Source: Phycisphaerales bacterium UBA1924
Lineage (GTDB): Bacteria > Planctomycetota > Phycisphaerae > Phycisphaerales > UBA1924
DNA length: 64,000 nt
Direction: 5' to 3'
NCBI GenBank assembly: GCA_964229845.1
Contig: CAXREY010000038.1
Span: forward strand, 3,317 to 67,316
Both the position numbers and the translations under genes were made by a program. Numbering within the stretch: the first letter of the stretch is position 1; the number at the start of each line of letters is the position of its first letter. A model generated the notes under the pieces. The model was not told the DNA's origin, searched no databases, and worked only from the letters and a program-made list of their open reading frames with translations. Below, one piece after another: positions 51,144 to 61,131 of the stretch.

Positions 51144-53174
51144 ATGCGTGCGACCCGCCTGATCGTGCAGACTTGCGCCACCCTTTTCCTCCTGCTGAGC
51201 ACCTCGATCGTGGGGTGCGGTTCGACCCAGACAGCCGGCGGCGGGGATCGCCCCGGGATCGGGGCCAGCGAGGCGGTGGGGGCCGTGGACGAGCGGTACC
51301 GGCGTGCGGGGGGCAGCGACGGCGAGAACGTGTTCCGCCAGATCGACTGGGGCACGCCGAGCGAGATGCGCCTGGGCTCGGGCTTGCCCGGTCCGGACTA
51401 CTGGCAGCAGACGTGTGATTACGACATCGACGCGACCCTGGAGCCCGAATCGGGCGTGATCAGCGCGAGCATGCGAGTGATCTACACCAACAACTCGCCG
51501 CACACCTTGCGCTACATCTGGATGAATCTCGAGCAGAACCTGTTCAATCTCGACTCGATCGGGACCAGGTCCCGCACGCCCGGGAGCGTGATGCGGATGC
51601 TCGAGTACGACTTCGGCGGCGGTTACACGATCAGCCGTCTGCAGCAGAACGGTCGCGACCTGAGCATGAAGGTGTACGACACGCTCGGACGCTTCGATCT
51701 TCCCACGCCGCTCGCGGCGGGGCAGACGCTGGTATTCGAGATGGACTTCTCGTTCCCGGTCCCGCCGCACCTGCGCCGCATGGGCTCCGAGGTGGTGGAG
51801 CAGGGCAAGATCTTCGAGATCGCCCAATGGTTCCCGCAGGTCTGCAAGTACGACGACGTGCACGGCTGGAACACCCTGCCCTACCTCGGCAGCGGCGAGT
51901 TCTACACCGACTTCGGCAGCTACAGCGTGAACATCACCGTCCCGCGCAGCTACATCGTTTCCGGCTCGGGGATGCTCACCAATCCGCAGGAGGTGCTGAC
52001 GGCGACCCAGCAGTCCCGCATGGACGAGGCGATGCGCTCGGATGAGCCCGTCTGGATCGTGAAGCCCGAAGAGGTCGGCGAGCGTTCCTCGCGCCCGGTG
52101 GGCGATGGGATGATGACATGGCGGTTCAAGCTCGACAGTGCCCGCACCTTCGCATGGGCCGCGTCCGATGCGTTCATGTGGGATGCGGCAAGTGTCGCGA
52201 TCGCCGACGGGCGAGGCGGGACGCGCCGGGTGCTGTGCCAGTCGCTCTATCCAAAGGAAGCCAAGGTCTGGGGCCCAGACCATGCCGACGGTGGCTCGAC
52301 CCGCTACATCCGTCACTCCATCGAGTTCTACTCCGATTTCCTCTTCCTCTACCCCTACCCTGCGATGAGCAACATCAACGGGCCCGAGGGCGGGATGGAG
52401 TACCCGGGCATCATCTTCTGTGGGGCTCGCAACAACCCGCGCGGGCTCTTCGGCGTGACGGACCACGAGGTCGGGCACAACTGGTTCCCGATGGTGATCA
52501 ACTCCGACGAACGCCGGTACATGTGGCAGGACGAGGGGTTCAACACGTTCATCAACTTCTATTCCAAGTCCGCGTGGTATGAGGAAGAGGTCGACATCGA
52601 CCGCTCGATGCGGCAGACGCTGCAGCTCTGCAGCTCTTCGAACTGCCAGCCGATCATGACCAAGCCCGACCGGGCGTGGCCGCGCTGGGTCGGCGGGCTC
52701 ATGTACCGCAAGACGGGGTACGGCCTCTGGCTGATGCGTGAGTACATCCTCGGCAACGAGCGCTTCGACGACGCGTTCCAGGGCTACATGCGGGGCTGGT
52801 ACTTCAAGCACCCGCAGCCCAGCGATTTCTTCAGGGCGATGGAGGACGGCGCGGGCGCGGACCTGAACTGGTTCTGGCGCGGGTGGTTCCTTGAGCCCCA
52901 CGCGCTCGACCAGGCGATCGCGGGCGTGAACAACACCGCGGACGGCGCGGTGGTGGTGCTGGATAACCTTGGGGACATGGTGATGCCGGTCCGCATGCTC
53001 GTCGAGTACAAGGATGGGAGCAGCGAGGTCGTGGATCTGCCCGTCGAGATCTGGCACCAGACCAGCCGCTGGCGTGCGGGGCTCAAGACGCACGGGCGCA
53101 GCGTCAAGTCGATCACGCTGGACCCGGACGGCATCCTGCCCGACACGGACCGCGCGAACAACAGCTGGCGGTAA
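51144..53174 (+). CDS. M1-family (gluzincin) metallopeptidase, probable lipoprotein
   Basis: Start MRATRLIVQTCATLFLLLSTSIVGCGS (lipobox). Zinc motif HEVGHNWF with an E 19 residues after the second His (WQDEGF). Confidence 0.85.
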   Translation: MRATRLIVQTCATLFLLLSTSIVGCGSTQTAGGGDRPGIGASEAVGAVDERYRRAGGSDGENVFRQIDWGTPSEMRLGSGLPGPDYWQQTCDYDIDATLEPESGVISASMRVIYTNNSPHTLRYIWMNLEQNLFNLDSIGTRSRTPGSVMRMLEYDFGGGYTISRLQQNGRDLSMKVYDTLGRFDLPTPLAAGQTLVFEMDFSFPVPPHLRRMGSEVVEQGKIFEIAQWFPQVCKYDDVHGWNTLPYLGSGEFYTDFGSYSVNITVPRSYIVSGSGMLTNPQEVLTATQQSRMDEAMRSDEPVWIVKPEEVGERSSRPVGDGMMTWRFKLDSARTFAWAASDAFMWDAASVAIADGRGGTRRVLCQSLYPKEAKVWGPDHADGGSTRYIRHSIEFYSDFLFLYPYPAMSNINGPEGGMEYPGIIFCGARNNPRGLFGVTDHEVGHNWFPMVINSDERRYMWQDEGFNTFINFYSKSAWYEEEVDIDRSMRQTLQLCSSSNCQPIMTKPDRAWPRWVGGLMYRKTGYGLWLMREYILGNERFDDAFQGYMRGWYFKHPQPSDFFRAMEDGAGADLNWFWRGWFLEPHALDQAIAGVNNTADGAVVVLDNLGDMVMPVRMLVEYKDGSSEVVDLPVEIWHQTSRWRAGLKTHGRSVKSITLDPDGILPDTDRANNSWR

Positions 53175-53234
53175 GCACTACGGATTAGTTCTGCGACGAG
53201 CCGATGGGGGTTCTTGGAAGGGATAGACTCCGCC

Positions 53235-54821
53235 GTGTACCAAGCGCTCCTGACCCGCAAATACCTGACGCGCAAGATCATGCCCATGCTGGCGATGGTC
53301 GCCGTGATGCTGTCCGTGGCGACGATCCTCGTGACGTGGTCGGTGATGGGGGGCTTCCTGGCGACGCTGATCCAGAGCGGCCGCACGCTGGTCGGCGATG
53401 TGGCGATCGTGTGGCCCAACGTCGGGTTCGGGTACTACGACGAGCTGATCGAGGATCTGGAAGCGGACCCGATGATCGAGGCGGCGACGCCGACGATCGA
53501 GACGTTCGGGATGATCCGCCTGCCGGACGATCGCATCGAGCTGATCTCGATCAAGGGCGTGGACCCGGAGAGCTACAGCAGCGTGACGGGCTTTACGGAC
53601 ACGCTCTGGTGGAAGCCGATCGACGAGCCGACGCCCAAGGACCGCGAGCGCGAGGATCTGCGTCTGCAGGCCGATGACCTCAAGGCGGAGGGTGGGATCG
53701 ATCTGGAGCAGGTCCACCAGAACGGGCTGACGATGAGCCGCCTGAACCCGAGCTCGGGCGAGGTCGAGCCGGCCGGTGTGCTTGGCATCGAGGTCACCGG
53801 GCTCAACGAGCGTACCGCATGGGGCGGCTACTACCCGTGGGGCGCGAACCGGGCCCTGCCCGATGGCGGGATTGCCTACGACCACGTGTTCATGCCCGAG
53901 TCGGGCTCGGTGGTGCTGACGGTGCTCTCGCTGGATAGCGACGGGCGCCCTGTGGATCCCAAATCGATCACGATGCCGATCGCCAACGAGTTCCAGTCGG
54001 GGCTCTACGAGGTCGATCAGGGCACGATCATGATCCCGCTGGAGGTGCTGCAACGGAACCTGCGCATGGACGAGGCGAGGAAGGTGCGGTTCGAGAAGGA
54101 CGCGAACGACCCGTTCGCGACGGTCTACGACCCGGCGACCGGGACCGTGAAGCCCAAGATGAAGGAAGTGGTCGGCATCGACCCGGCGCGGGTGACCACG
54201 GTGCTGGTCAAGAAGGCGGAGGGCGTCGAGCTCGAGGAGATGCGTGAGCGCGTGCGTGAGATCTACGCGGAGTTCGCGTCGCGCCACGAGGGTCAGGTGC
54301 CGATCTCGGCGAACATGAGCCGCCAGATCAAGACGTGGGAGGACCTGAACCGGACGATGATCAGCGCGGTCAAGAAGGAGACCGGGCTGGTGCTGTTTAT
54401 CTTCGGCATCGTGTCGTTCACGACGGTCTTCCTGGTGCTGGCGATCTTCTGGTCGATGGCGAGCGAGAAGACGAAGGACATCGGGATCCTGCGGGCCTTG
54501 GGCGCTTCGACGACGGGCATCGCGTGGCTGTGGATCCGCTACGGCGCGGTGATCGGGATCGTGGGCTCCGCGATCGGCACGGTGCTGGGGTACTGGATCG
54601 TGAGCAACATCAACGCGATCCACGACTGGATCGGGGAGACGTTCAAGCTGGTGATCTGGGACCCGCGCCAGTACTACTTCATCGAGATCCCCAGCGATGT
54701 GGACCCGCAGAAGGCGATCATCGTGTTCGTGGTGGGGGTGCTGACGTGCGTGCTCGGGGCGCTGCTGCCCGCGTGGCACAGCGCGCGGATGGATCCGGTC
54801 AAGGCGTTGAGGTTTGAGTAG
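53235..54821 (+). CDS. FtsX-like ABC transporter permease (LolC/E / MacB type) with a large periplasmic domain
   Basis: N-terminus (V)YQALLTRKYLTRKIMPMLAMVAV, a loop of about 330 aa, then three C-terminal helices with KDIGILRALGAS. GTG 53235 is preferred over TTG 53214. Confidence 0.8.
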   Translation: MYQALLTRKYLTRKIMPMLAMVAVMLSVATILVTWSVMGGFLATLIQSGRTLVGDVAIVWPNVGFGYYDELIEDLEADPMIEAATPTIETFGMIRLPDDRIELISIKGVDPESYSSVTGFTDTLWWKPIDEPTPKDREREDLRLQADDLKAEGGIDLEQVHQNGLTMSRLNPSSGEVEPAGVLGIEVTGLNERTAWGGYYPWGANRALPDGGIAYDHVFMPESGSVVLTVLSLDSDGRPVDPKSITMPIANEFQSGLYEVDQGTIMIPLEVLQRNLRMDEARKVRFEKDANDPFATVYDPATGTVKPKMKEVVGIDPARVTTVLVKKAEGVELEEMRERVREIYAEFASRHEGQVPISANMSRQIKTWEDLNRTMISAVKKETGLVLFIFGIVSFTTVFLVLAIFWSMASEKTKDIGILRALGASTTGIAWLWIRYGAVIGIVGSAIGTVLGYWIVSNINAIHDWIGETFKLVIWDPRQYYFIEIPSDVDPQKAIIVFVVGVLTCVLGALLPAWHSARMDPVKALRFE

Positions 54822-54867
54822 AAGTAGCCATCAGGGATCAGTGAAGAGAAGGACGGAAGCGAACGAG

Positions 54868-55656
54868 ATGAGCACAGCGGCACGGACAGGCAGTGAATCG
54901 GTTGCGACGAAGTCGGGTTCGTCGTCGATCCTGTCGGTGCGCGATGTGCGCAAGACGTACAAGCTCGGGCGTGTGAAGGTCCCGGTGTTGCACGGCGTGG
55001 ACCTGGATGTGCAGCGCAGCGAGTGGGTGACGATCCTCGGGGCGTCGGGCTCGGGCAAGAGCACGCTGCTGCACCTGATGGGCGGGCTCGACCGCCCGGA
55101 CAAGCAGGGCGGGCAACGCGGTGCCATCGTGTTCGAGGGAAACGACCTCGCGCGACAAGGCAAACGCACGCTCGACCGGTACCGCGCCGATGACATCGGT
55201 TTCGTGTTCCAGTTCTATCACCTGCTGCCCGAGCTGAGCGTGCTCCAGAACGTGTGCGTGGGCTCGATGATCCTGCACGGGCGTGTGGGGTATATGTCGA
55301 AGCGAACGGCGACGCAGCAGCGGGCTACGGAACTGCTTGAGCGCTTCGGGCTCGGGCACCGTCTCAGGCACCGCCCCGCGGAGCTCTCGGGCGGCGAGCG
55401 CCAGCGTGTGGCGATCGCTCGGGCGCTGATCAACGAGCCCAAGGTGCTGCTCGCGGACGAGCCGACCGGCAATCTCGACATGAAGACCGGTGCCTCGATC
55501 CTGGACGCGATGATCGAGTACCGCGAGAACGCGGGGCTGACGATGGTGATGGTGACGCACGACGAGCGGATCGCGGCGCGTGCGGATCGGGTCATCCGTC
55601 TGGTCGATGGGCGGGTTGTGGAAGCCCCAAGCGGGGATTCCCAACCAGTTTCCTGA
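54868..55656 (+). CDS. ABC transporter ATP-binding protein (LolD/MacB-type)
   Basis: Walker A GASGSGKSTLLH, signature LSGGERQRVAIARAL, Walker B VLLADEPTGNLD. Confidence 0.9.
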   Translation: MSTAARTGSESVATKSGSSSILSVRDVRKTYKLGRVKVPVLHGVDLDVQRSEWVTILGASGSGKSTLLHLMGGLDRPDKQGGQRGAIVFEGNDLARQGKRTLDRYRADDIGFVFQFYHLLPELSVLQNVCVGSMILHGRVGYMSKRTATQQRATELLERFGLGHRLRHRPAELSGGERQRVAIARALINEPKVLLADEPTGNLDMKTGASILDAMIEYRENAGLTMVMVTHDERIAARADRVIRLVDGRVVEAPSGDSQPVS

Positions 55657-55721
55657 TCCGCTTGCGCACCCGGTTTGTGGGTACTACCATTGCGTAGTGT
55701 GGGCGTGCCGCTTGAACAGGC

Positions 55722-56603
55722 GTGCCCCCGCGGATGCATGGAATGGATGATGAACGAGTGAACGGCGCAGAAACCCAATTGGGCGCGATGTCGATAAAGG
55801 ACGCGCGGAAGGTCACGCTGCGTGGCGTCAGCGGGAAGAAGATCGAGGCGGACGTCGTTGAGTGCGGCGAGGGCCCGGTCGTGGTCTTCCTGCACGGGCT
55901 GGTCGGGCTCAACGAGCACTGGGACCGGGTGGTCAACAGCGTGTGCGACCGGGTCCGCTGTGTGACGCTGGAGATGCCGCTGCTTGAGCTGCGCGGCGTG
56001 GATTGCTCGCTCAGCGCGGTCAGCGCGATGACGATGCAGTTCCTGGATAAGTACGTCGGGCAGCCCGCGGTGCTGGTCGGCAACTCCTTCGGTGGCCACG
56101 TCGCCCTGCGTGTGACGCACGAGCGGCCTGAGCTGGTCTCGGCGCTGGTGCTGGCCGGGTCGAGCGGGCTGATCGAGCGGACGGTGGTCAGGGGTGCCCC
56201 CGTGCGTCCGAGCCGGGAGTGGCTGGTTGAGAAGATCGGCGAGCTGTTCTACGACAAATCCAAGATGAACCAAGAAGATGTGGAGCGGGCACACAAGCTG
56301 CTCAACGAGCGCGGGGGTGCCCGCGCCATGGTGAAGCTGAGCAAGACGGCCCGGCGGGACAACATGACCGATGATCTCGCTGAGATCAATCAGCCCACGC
56401 TGCTGATCTGGGGGCGCGAGGACGTCGTGACCCCGCCGAGCGCCGGGCAGGGGTTCATGGAACTGATGCCCGACGCCAAGCTCTTCTGGATCGACGGCTG
56501 CGGGCACGCGCCGATGATCGAGTCGCCCGGCCCGTTCGCCGAAGCGATGCACGGGTTCTTCGACGATCTAGAGCAGCGCGGCGTGATGTCGCCCAGAGAC
56601 TGA
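55722..56603 (+). CDS. Alpha/beta-fold hydrolase
   Basis: VVFLHGLVGLNEHWD, nucleophile elbow GNSFGGHVAL and a late GCGHAPMIE. The start is ambiguous (55722, 55734, 55743 or 55788). Confidence 0.8.
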   Translation: MPPRMHGMDDERVNGAETQLGAMSIKDARKVTLRGVSGKKIEADVVECGEGPVVVFLHGLVGLNEHWDRVVNSVCDRVRCVTLEMPLLELRGVDCSLSAVSAMTMQFLDKYVGQPAVLVGNSFGGHVALRVTHERPELVSALVLAGSSGLIERTVVRGAPVRPSREWLVEKIGELFYDKSKMNQEDVERAHKLLNERGGARAMVKLSKTARRDNMTDDLAEINQPTLLIWGREDVVTPPSAGQGFMELMPDAKLFWIDGCGHAPMIESPGPFAEAMHGFFDDLEQRGVMSPRD

Positions 56604-56614
56604 CCCGGTCGCCC

Positions 56615-58288
56615 ATGCGTACGCACGCACCAACGCCCAACGCGCCGTACTCGTGGACCTCGCTCGTGGGGGTGGCGCTGCACGCTCGCGTCGAGGCGCG
56701 CCGGCGCAAGCTCACAGACCTCGCCTACTGGAAAGCAGGCACACAGCGGTTGCAGGTCGGGCAGCTCAGCCGGAACCTGAGGACTGCGCGGGCGACCCGT
56801 TTCGGGCGGGCCCACGGGTTCGATTCGATCCTGCGTTACGACGACGAGATGGACCGTGTGAGGGCGTACCGTGATCGGGTCCCGATCAGCGACTGGTACG
56901 CGTTTCAGGACGACATCAGCGCGATGCGCGAGCACGGCGAGCCCGATGTCCTCTGGGCGGGGCGGGTGATGCAGTTCGCCCAGACGTCCGGGACGACCGC
57001 GGGCGACAAGTTCATCCCGGTGACCGAGCAGATGATGCGATCGAACTACCTCGCGTCGCTGGACATCTTCGCGCATCTGATCAACCGCGGCGTGCACCCG
57101 GGGCGGGTGATGGGCGGGCGTTGCCTGTTCCTCGGCGGCTCGACGGACCTGGAGTACAACGAGCACGGGATCGCGACTGGTGACCTGTCGGGGCTGGTGA
57201 CGCCGCTGATCAAGTGGCCGCTGTCGATGATCTATTCGCCCGGCCCGGAGATCGCGCTGCTCAATCACTGGCCCGACAAGATCGAGGCGATGGCCCGGCT
57301 GACGATCGATCAGGACATCCGCTTCATCTCGGGCATGCCGAGCTGGGCGTTGGTGCTGATCGACCGCGTGATCGGGTTGGCTCGCGAACGCGGCACGGAT
57401 GCGAGGTGCGCCCGCGATGTGTGGCCCAACCTTGAGGTGTTCGTGCACGGCGGGGTCAACTACGTGCCGTTCATCGAGCGGATGTGCCGCGCATACTCGG
57501 GTGATCCCATGATCGATTTCCCATCGCGTCAGGAGCTCTACCCGGCTTCGGAGGGGTTCATCGCGATGCAGGACACGACGGGCGATCCGGGGATGCGCCT
57601 GCTGAGCGACAACGGCACGTTCTACGAGTTCGTGCCCCTCGAGCAGATCGACGACGAGGACCCGGACGTGTTCACCTGCTGGCAGGTGGAGAAGGGCCAG
57701 AAGTATGTCGTAGTGATGAGCACGGACGCCGGGCTGTGGCGGTACATCATCGGGGATGTGGTGGAGTTCGACGATATCCCTTCGGGCGTGCAGCCCGACG
57801 GCTCGATGCGAGCCGGCACCGGGCCCGCTCGCCTGCGGATCGTGGGTCGCCACCGCCATTTCATCAATGCCTTCGGCGAGAACCTCATCGGCGAGCATAT
57901 CGAGCACGGCGTGGCCTCGGCGTCTGCAGGCACAGGGCTCACGGTGGGCGAGTTCACGGCCGCGCCGGTCTATCCCAGCGAGACCAGCCGCGCGGGGTTG
58001 GAGCTGGCGATCGAGTTCGCGGCGACTCCCGCCCCCGATGTGCTGCGTGCATTCCGCGACGCGTTCGACCAGGCGATCCGTGCGGAGAACGTGGACTACA
58101 ACACGAAGCGATCCGATGATCTGGGGATGGCCTTCCCGACGATCACGCCCCTTCCGATAGGCACGTTCCACCGCTGGCTGGATCGCAAGGGGAAGCTCGG
58201 GGGACAGCACAAATGCCCCCGGTGTGCCAATCATCGCGAAATTATCGGCGAGGTGATTGAGGCCTCCGATATGGCGGGCGCGAACTGA
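56615..58288 (+). CDS. GH3 (auxin-responsive promoter) family adenylate-forming enzyme
   Basis: FAQTSGTTAGDKFIPVT and GLWRYIIGDVVEF are typical of bacterial GH3-family proteins; 557 aa. Confidence 0.75.
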   Translation: MRTHAPTPNAPYSWTSLVGVALHARVEARRRKLTDLAYWKAGTQRLQVGQLSRNLRTARATRFGRAHGFDSILRYDDEMDRVRAYRDRVPISDWYAFQDDISAMREHGEPDVLWAGRVMQFAQTSGTTAGDKFIPVTEQMMRSNYLASLDIFAHLINRGVHPGRVMGGRCLFLGGSTDLEYNEHGIATGDLSGLVTPLIKWPLSMIYSPGPEIALLNHWPDKIEAMARLTIDQDIRFISGMPSWALVLIDRVIGLARERGTDARCARDVWPNLEVFVHGGVNYVPFIERMCRAYSGDPMIDFPSRQELYPASEGFIAMQDTTGDPGMRLLSDNGTFYEFVPLEQIDDEDPDVFTCWQVEKGQKYVVVMSTDAGLWRYIIGDVVEFDDIPSGVQPDGSMRAGTGPARLRIVGRHRHFINAFGENLIGEHIEHGVASASAGTGLTVGEFTAAPVYPSETSRAGLELAIEFAATPAPDVLRAFRDAFDQAIRAENVDYNTKRSDDLGMAFPTITPLPIGTFHRWLDRKGKLGGQHKCPRCANHREIIGEVIEASDMAGAN

Positions 58289-58422
58289 GCGGCTAAGATT
58301 CGTTGAAGACATTTCAGCTGGTATTGCGTGTCCCGGGCCGGGCGATTATGCGTCTGTTCGGGGTGCCTGTGCGATCTGATTTCCGGCATAAGCGATCAAT
58401 CTGACACTTCAAGGAGCGTTCC

Positions 58423-58968
58423 ATGTCCACAGAAACCCCCAACCCCTGCTCGGATCAGCGGGCCGTCTGTTTGGCGGCGGACGCGATTCTTGAGCAGTGC
58501 GCCGAGTACATCGACTGCGTCGACGACGATCAGTACGTGCGTGTCTCCGAGGTTGTGCCCGGCGGGACCGTCGGCAAGCACATCCGCCACATCCTCGATC
58601 ATTTCCGGTGCGCGATCACGACCGATTGCACCGAGCCGATCGATTACGACCACCGCAAGCGGGGTGGCTCGGTGGAGGAAGACCGGGACGCGGCCAAGGG
58701 GGAGATCTCGACGCTCCGCACGCTGATGGCGGGGCTGGGGGTCGAGGACCTCGGCGAGACGGTCACGACGCGCGTGATGCTGTGCGGCGACGGGCAGACC
58801 GCGGATCTGAGCTCCACGCGTGCGCGTGAGATCTTCTTCGCGATGCACCACGCCATCCACCACAACGCGATCCTCAAGGCGATCGGCCTCGAGCTCGGTC
58901 TCGATTGCCCGGAGGGATTCGGCACGGCGCCGTCCACGATCAACTTCGAGCAGGCGGAGGCGAAGTAA
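58423..58968 (+). CDS. DinB-superfamily four-helix metal-binding protein
   Basis: His triad context GKHIRHILDHF ... FFAMHHAIHHNAIL. AAGGAG lies 7 nt upstream of the ATG. Confidence 0.65.
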   Translation: MSTETPNPCSDQRAVCLAADAILEQCAEYIDCVDDDQYVRVSEVVPGGTVGKHIRHILDHFRCAITTDCTEPIDYDHRKRGGSVEEDRDAAKGEISTLRTLMAGLGVEDLGETVTTRVMLCGDGQTADLSSTRAREIFFAMHHAIHHNAILKAIGLELGLDCPEGFGTAPSTINFEQAEAK

Positions 58969-58972
58969 CTCC

Positions 58973-59728
58973 GTGTGCACCATATCCATAGTTCCGATCG
59001 ATAACGGTTATCGCGTGATGCACTCGCGTGATGAGCTCCGTTCGCGTTCACCCGAGCAGGCCCCCGCGTGGCGGATGCTGGAGAACGGGAAGACCGCGTG
59101 CTGGCCGACGGACACCGACGCCGGGGGCACCTGGGTGGCGGTGCGCGAGGACGGGTTCTACCTCGGACTCGTGAACCTCAACGCGACCGATGAGGAACTC
59201 GACCCGGAACGCCCCGAGCAGACGCACATCTCGCGCGGATCGCTGATCCCGATGCTGATGGAAGCGGACGATGTGCACGATGCGCTCAAGCGACTGACAA
59301 CCATGGAGTTGCGCGGGATGAAGCCGTTCCGGCTGCTGCTTGTTGGGCCCGTCGAGGGTGGTGGCTTCGCTTCCGCGATCGCCCGGTTCGGCGGTGCCGA
59401 GGTCACGCTGCCCGCCCCGCTGGAGGCGGTTGTCCGCCCGCGATGCCTCGCCTCGTCGGGGCTCGGGGATCACCTGGTGCAGTGCAGGCTGCCGCTGTTC
59501 CGCGAGATGGTGGTTCCGGATCCGACGCCGGAGAATCAGCGTGATTTCCACTTTCACCAGTGGCCGGACCGGCTGGAGTATTCGGTGCTGATGTCGCGTG
59601 AGAACGCGCGGACATCGAGCGTGACCTCGGTTGAACACACGGGCACGGATCTGCCGAGTGTGGTGTATGAATCGGTGGCCGAGGCGTGCCCCGAGGCGGA
59701 CCCCGTGGGGTCGGAGATGCTACAGTAG
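58973..59728 (+). CDS. NRDE/TANGO2-like family protein
   Basis: The GTG start gives (M)CTISIVPIDNGYRV; an N-terminal Met-Cys is characteristic of the family as I recall it. Also TWVAVREDGFYLGLVNLN. An alternative ATG lies downstream (MHSRDEL). Confidence 0.5.
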   Translation: MCTISIVPIDNGYRVMHSRDELRSRSPEQAPAWRMLENGKTACWPTDTDAGGTWVAVREDGFYLGLVNLNATDEELDPERPEQTHISRGSLIPMLMEADDVHDALKRLTTMELRGMKPFRLLLVGPVEGGGFASAIARFGGAEVTLPAPLEAVVRPRCLASSGLGDHLVQCRLPLFREMVVPDPTPENQRDFHFHQWPDRLEYSVLMSRENARTSSVTSVEHTGTDLPSVVYESVAEACPEADPVGSEMLQ

Positions 59729-59735
59729 GGACGCT

Positions 59736-61088
59736 ATGCTTGAGTTCATCAGAGACCTCGTCGACGGACAGTTCATTGTCAGTGCTTTGGTGCTCGCCAT
59801 CGGCGTGCACGCGGTGCTCGGTTTGGTCGCGTACGGGGTCTATCTTGAACGCAAGATCAGCGCGTACATCCAGGACCGCATCGGCCCCAACCGGGTCGGG
59901 TTTGACTTCGGGCTGCCGTTTCTCAAGTTCCTCAAGGGGTGCCTGGCGCTCGGTCAGCCGCTGGCGGACGGCATCAAGTTCTTCGTGAAGGAGGACTTCA
60001 CGCCGACCAACGTCGACAAGGTGCTCTTCACGCTCGCGCCTGTATTCGCGGTCGTCCCGGCGTTGATCGGGTTCGTCGTGATGCCCTGGGGCGGCTACTG
60101 GGACATGCCCGCCTTCACGCTCCCGATCATCGGCGAGGTGGGCGGCGAGGTCGTGTCCGTCACGGGCGCGGAGGTGCACATCGGCATCATCTACCTGCTC
60201 GCGGTCGCGTCGATCGGCGTGTACGGCGTGACGCTCGGTGGCTGGGCCTCGAACAACAAGTACTCCATGCTCGGCGGGCTTCGCGCCACGGCCCAGATGA
60301 TCTCCTACGAGATCCCGCTGGGGCTCGCGCTGCTGAGCACGCTGCTGATCACGGGCACCTTCATGCCCAACGAGATCGTGGCCTACCAGGTCGAGAACGG
60401 ATGGATGATGCTGTCCATGCCGCTCGCGGCGTTGCTGTTCTATGTCTGCGGGCTCGCGGAATCGAACCGCGCTCCGTTCGACAACGCCGAGGCGGAGCAG
60501 GAGCTCGTCGGCGGCTTCCACACGGAATACTCGTCGATGCGTTTCGCGCTGTATTTCCTCGCGGAGTACGCCCACCTCGTGACCGCGTGCTCGTTCTTCG
60601 TGCTGCTTTTCGCGGGCGGGTACCACCTGCCGGTGCTCGACTTCGGGCTCACGCACCCCGAGACCACCGGGCTGCTGGCGATGTTCGTCAAGATCGGCGT
60701 CTTCGCGCTCAAGGTCGTCCTGATGGTCTGCCTCGCGATGGTGGTGCGTTGGTCGCTCCCGCGCCTTCGCTACGATCAGGTCATGATGCTCGGCTGGCAG
60801 GCGATGATCCCCGCGGGGATGCTCATCATCGTGGTCACCTCGGTGATGGTCTACTTCGGCCAGACCTCGCTGGTGCCGATGCTGCTCGCGAATGTCGGGA
60901 TGCTGGTGGTGCTGCTTCTCGCCCAGCACGTCTTCGCGACGATCTACGGGCGCTCAACCTCGAACCGCCGCATCGGGATGTGGGGGTCGCGTTACTCGCC
61001 GATGGAGGGTGAGCGGATCGTGACCGCACCGACGAACGCGATGGCACGCGAGGACCGCCCGGTGCAGGGCACCGCACCCACCATCTGA
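59736..61088 (+). CDS. nuoH: NADH-quinone oxidoreductase subunit H
   Basis: AYGVYLERKISAYIQDRIGPNRVG, SNNKYSMLGGLRATAQMISYEIPLGL, ESNRAPFDNAEAEQELVGGFHTEYS. Start at MLEFIRDL. It has a C-terminal tail of about 60 aa. Confidence 0.9.
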   Translation: MLEFIRDLVDGQFIVSALVLAIGVHAVLGLVAYGVYLERKISAYIQDRIGPNRVGFDFGLPFLKFLKGCLALGQPLADGIKFFVKEDFTPTNVDKVLFTLAPVFAVVPALIGFVVMPWGGYWDMPAFTLPIIGEVGGEVVSVTGAEVHIGIIYLLAVASIGVYGVTLGGWASNNKYSMLGGLRATAQMISYEIPLGLALLSTLLITGTFMPNEIVAYQVENGWMMLSMPLAALLFYVCGLAESNRAPFDNAEAEQELVGGFHTEYSSMRFALYFLAEYAHLVTACSFFVLLFAGGYHLPVLDFGLTHPETTGLLAMFVKIGVFALKVVLMVCLAMVVRWSLPRLRYDQVMMLGWQAMIPAGMLIIVVTSVMVYFGQTSLVPMLLANVGMLVVLLLAQHVFATIYGRSTSNRRIGMWGSRYSPMEGERIVTAPTNAMAREDRPVQGTAPTI

Positions 61089-61131
61089 CCAACTTGTCGT
61101 TGCGAGTTGCGAGCAGACTACGCTTGATGGG

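Noticed and set aside
50937-53093. 718-aa minus-strand ORF opposite the M1 peptidase gene. Similar cases are 53178..54779 and 56390..58312.
   Set aside because: They are antisense to genes with clear catalytic motifs and have Arg/His/Pro-rich composition.
61099-61112. GTTGCGA heptamer repeated twice after nuoH.
   Set aside because: Only two copies are present, which is within chance expectation.
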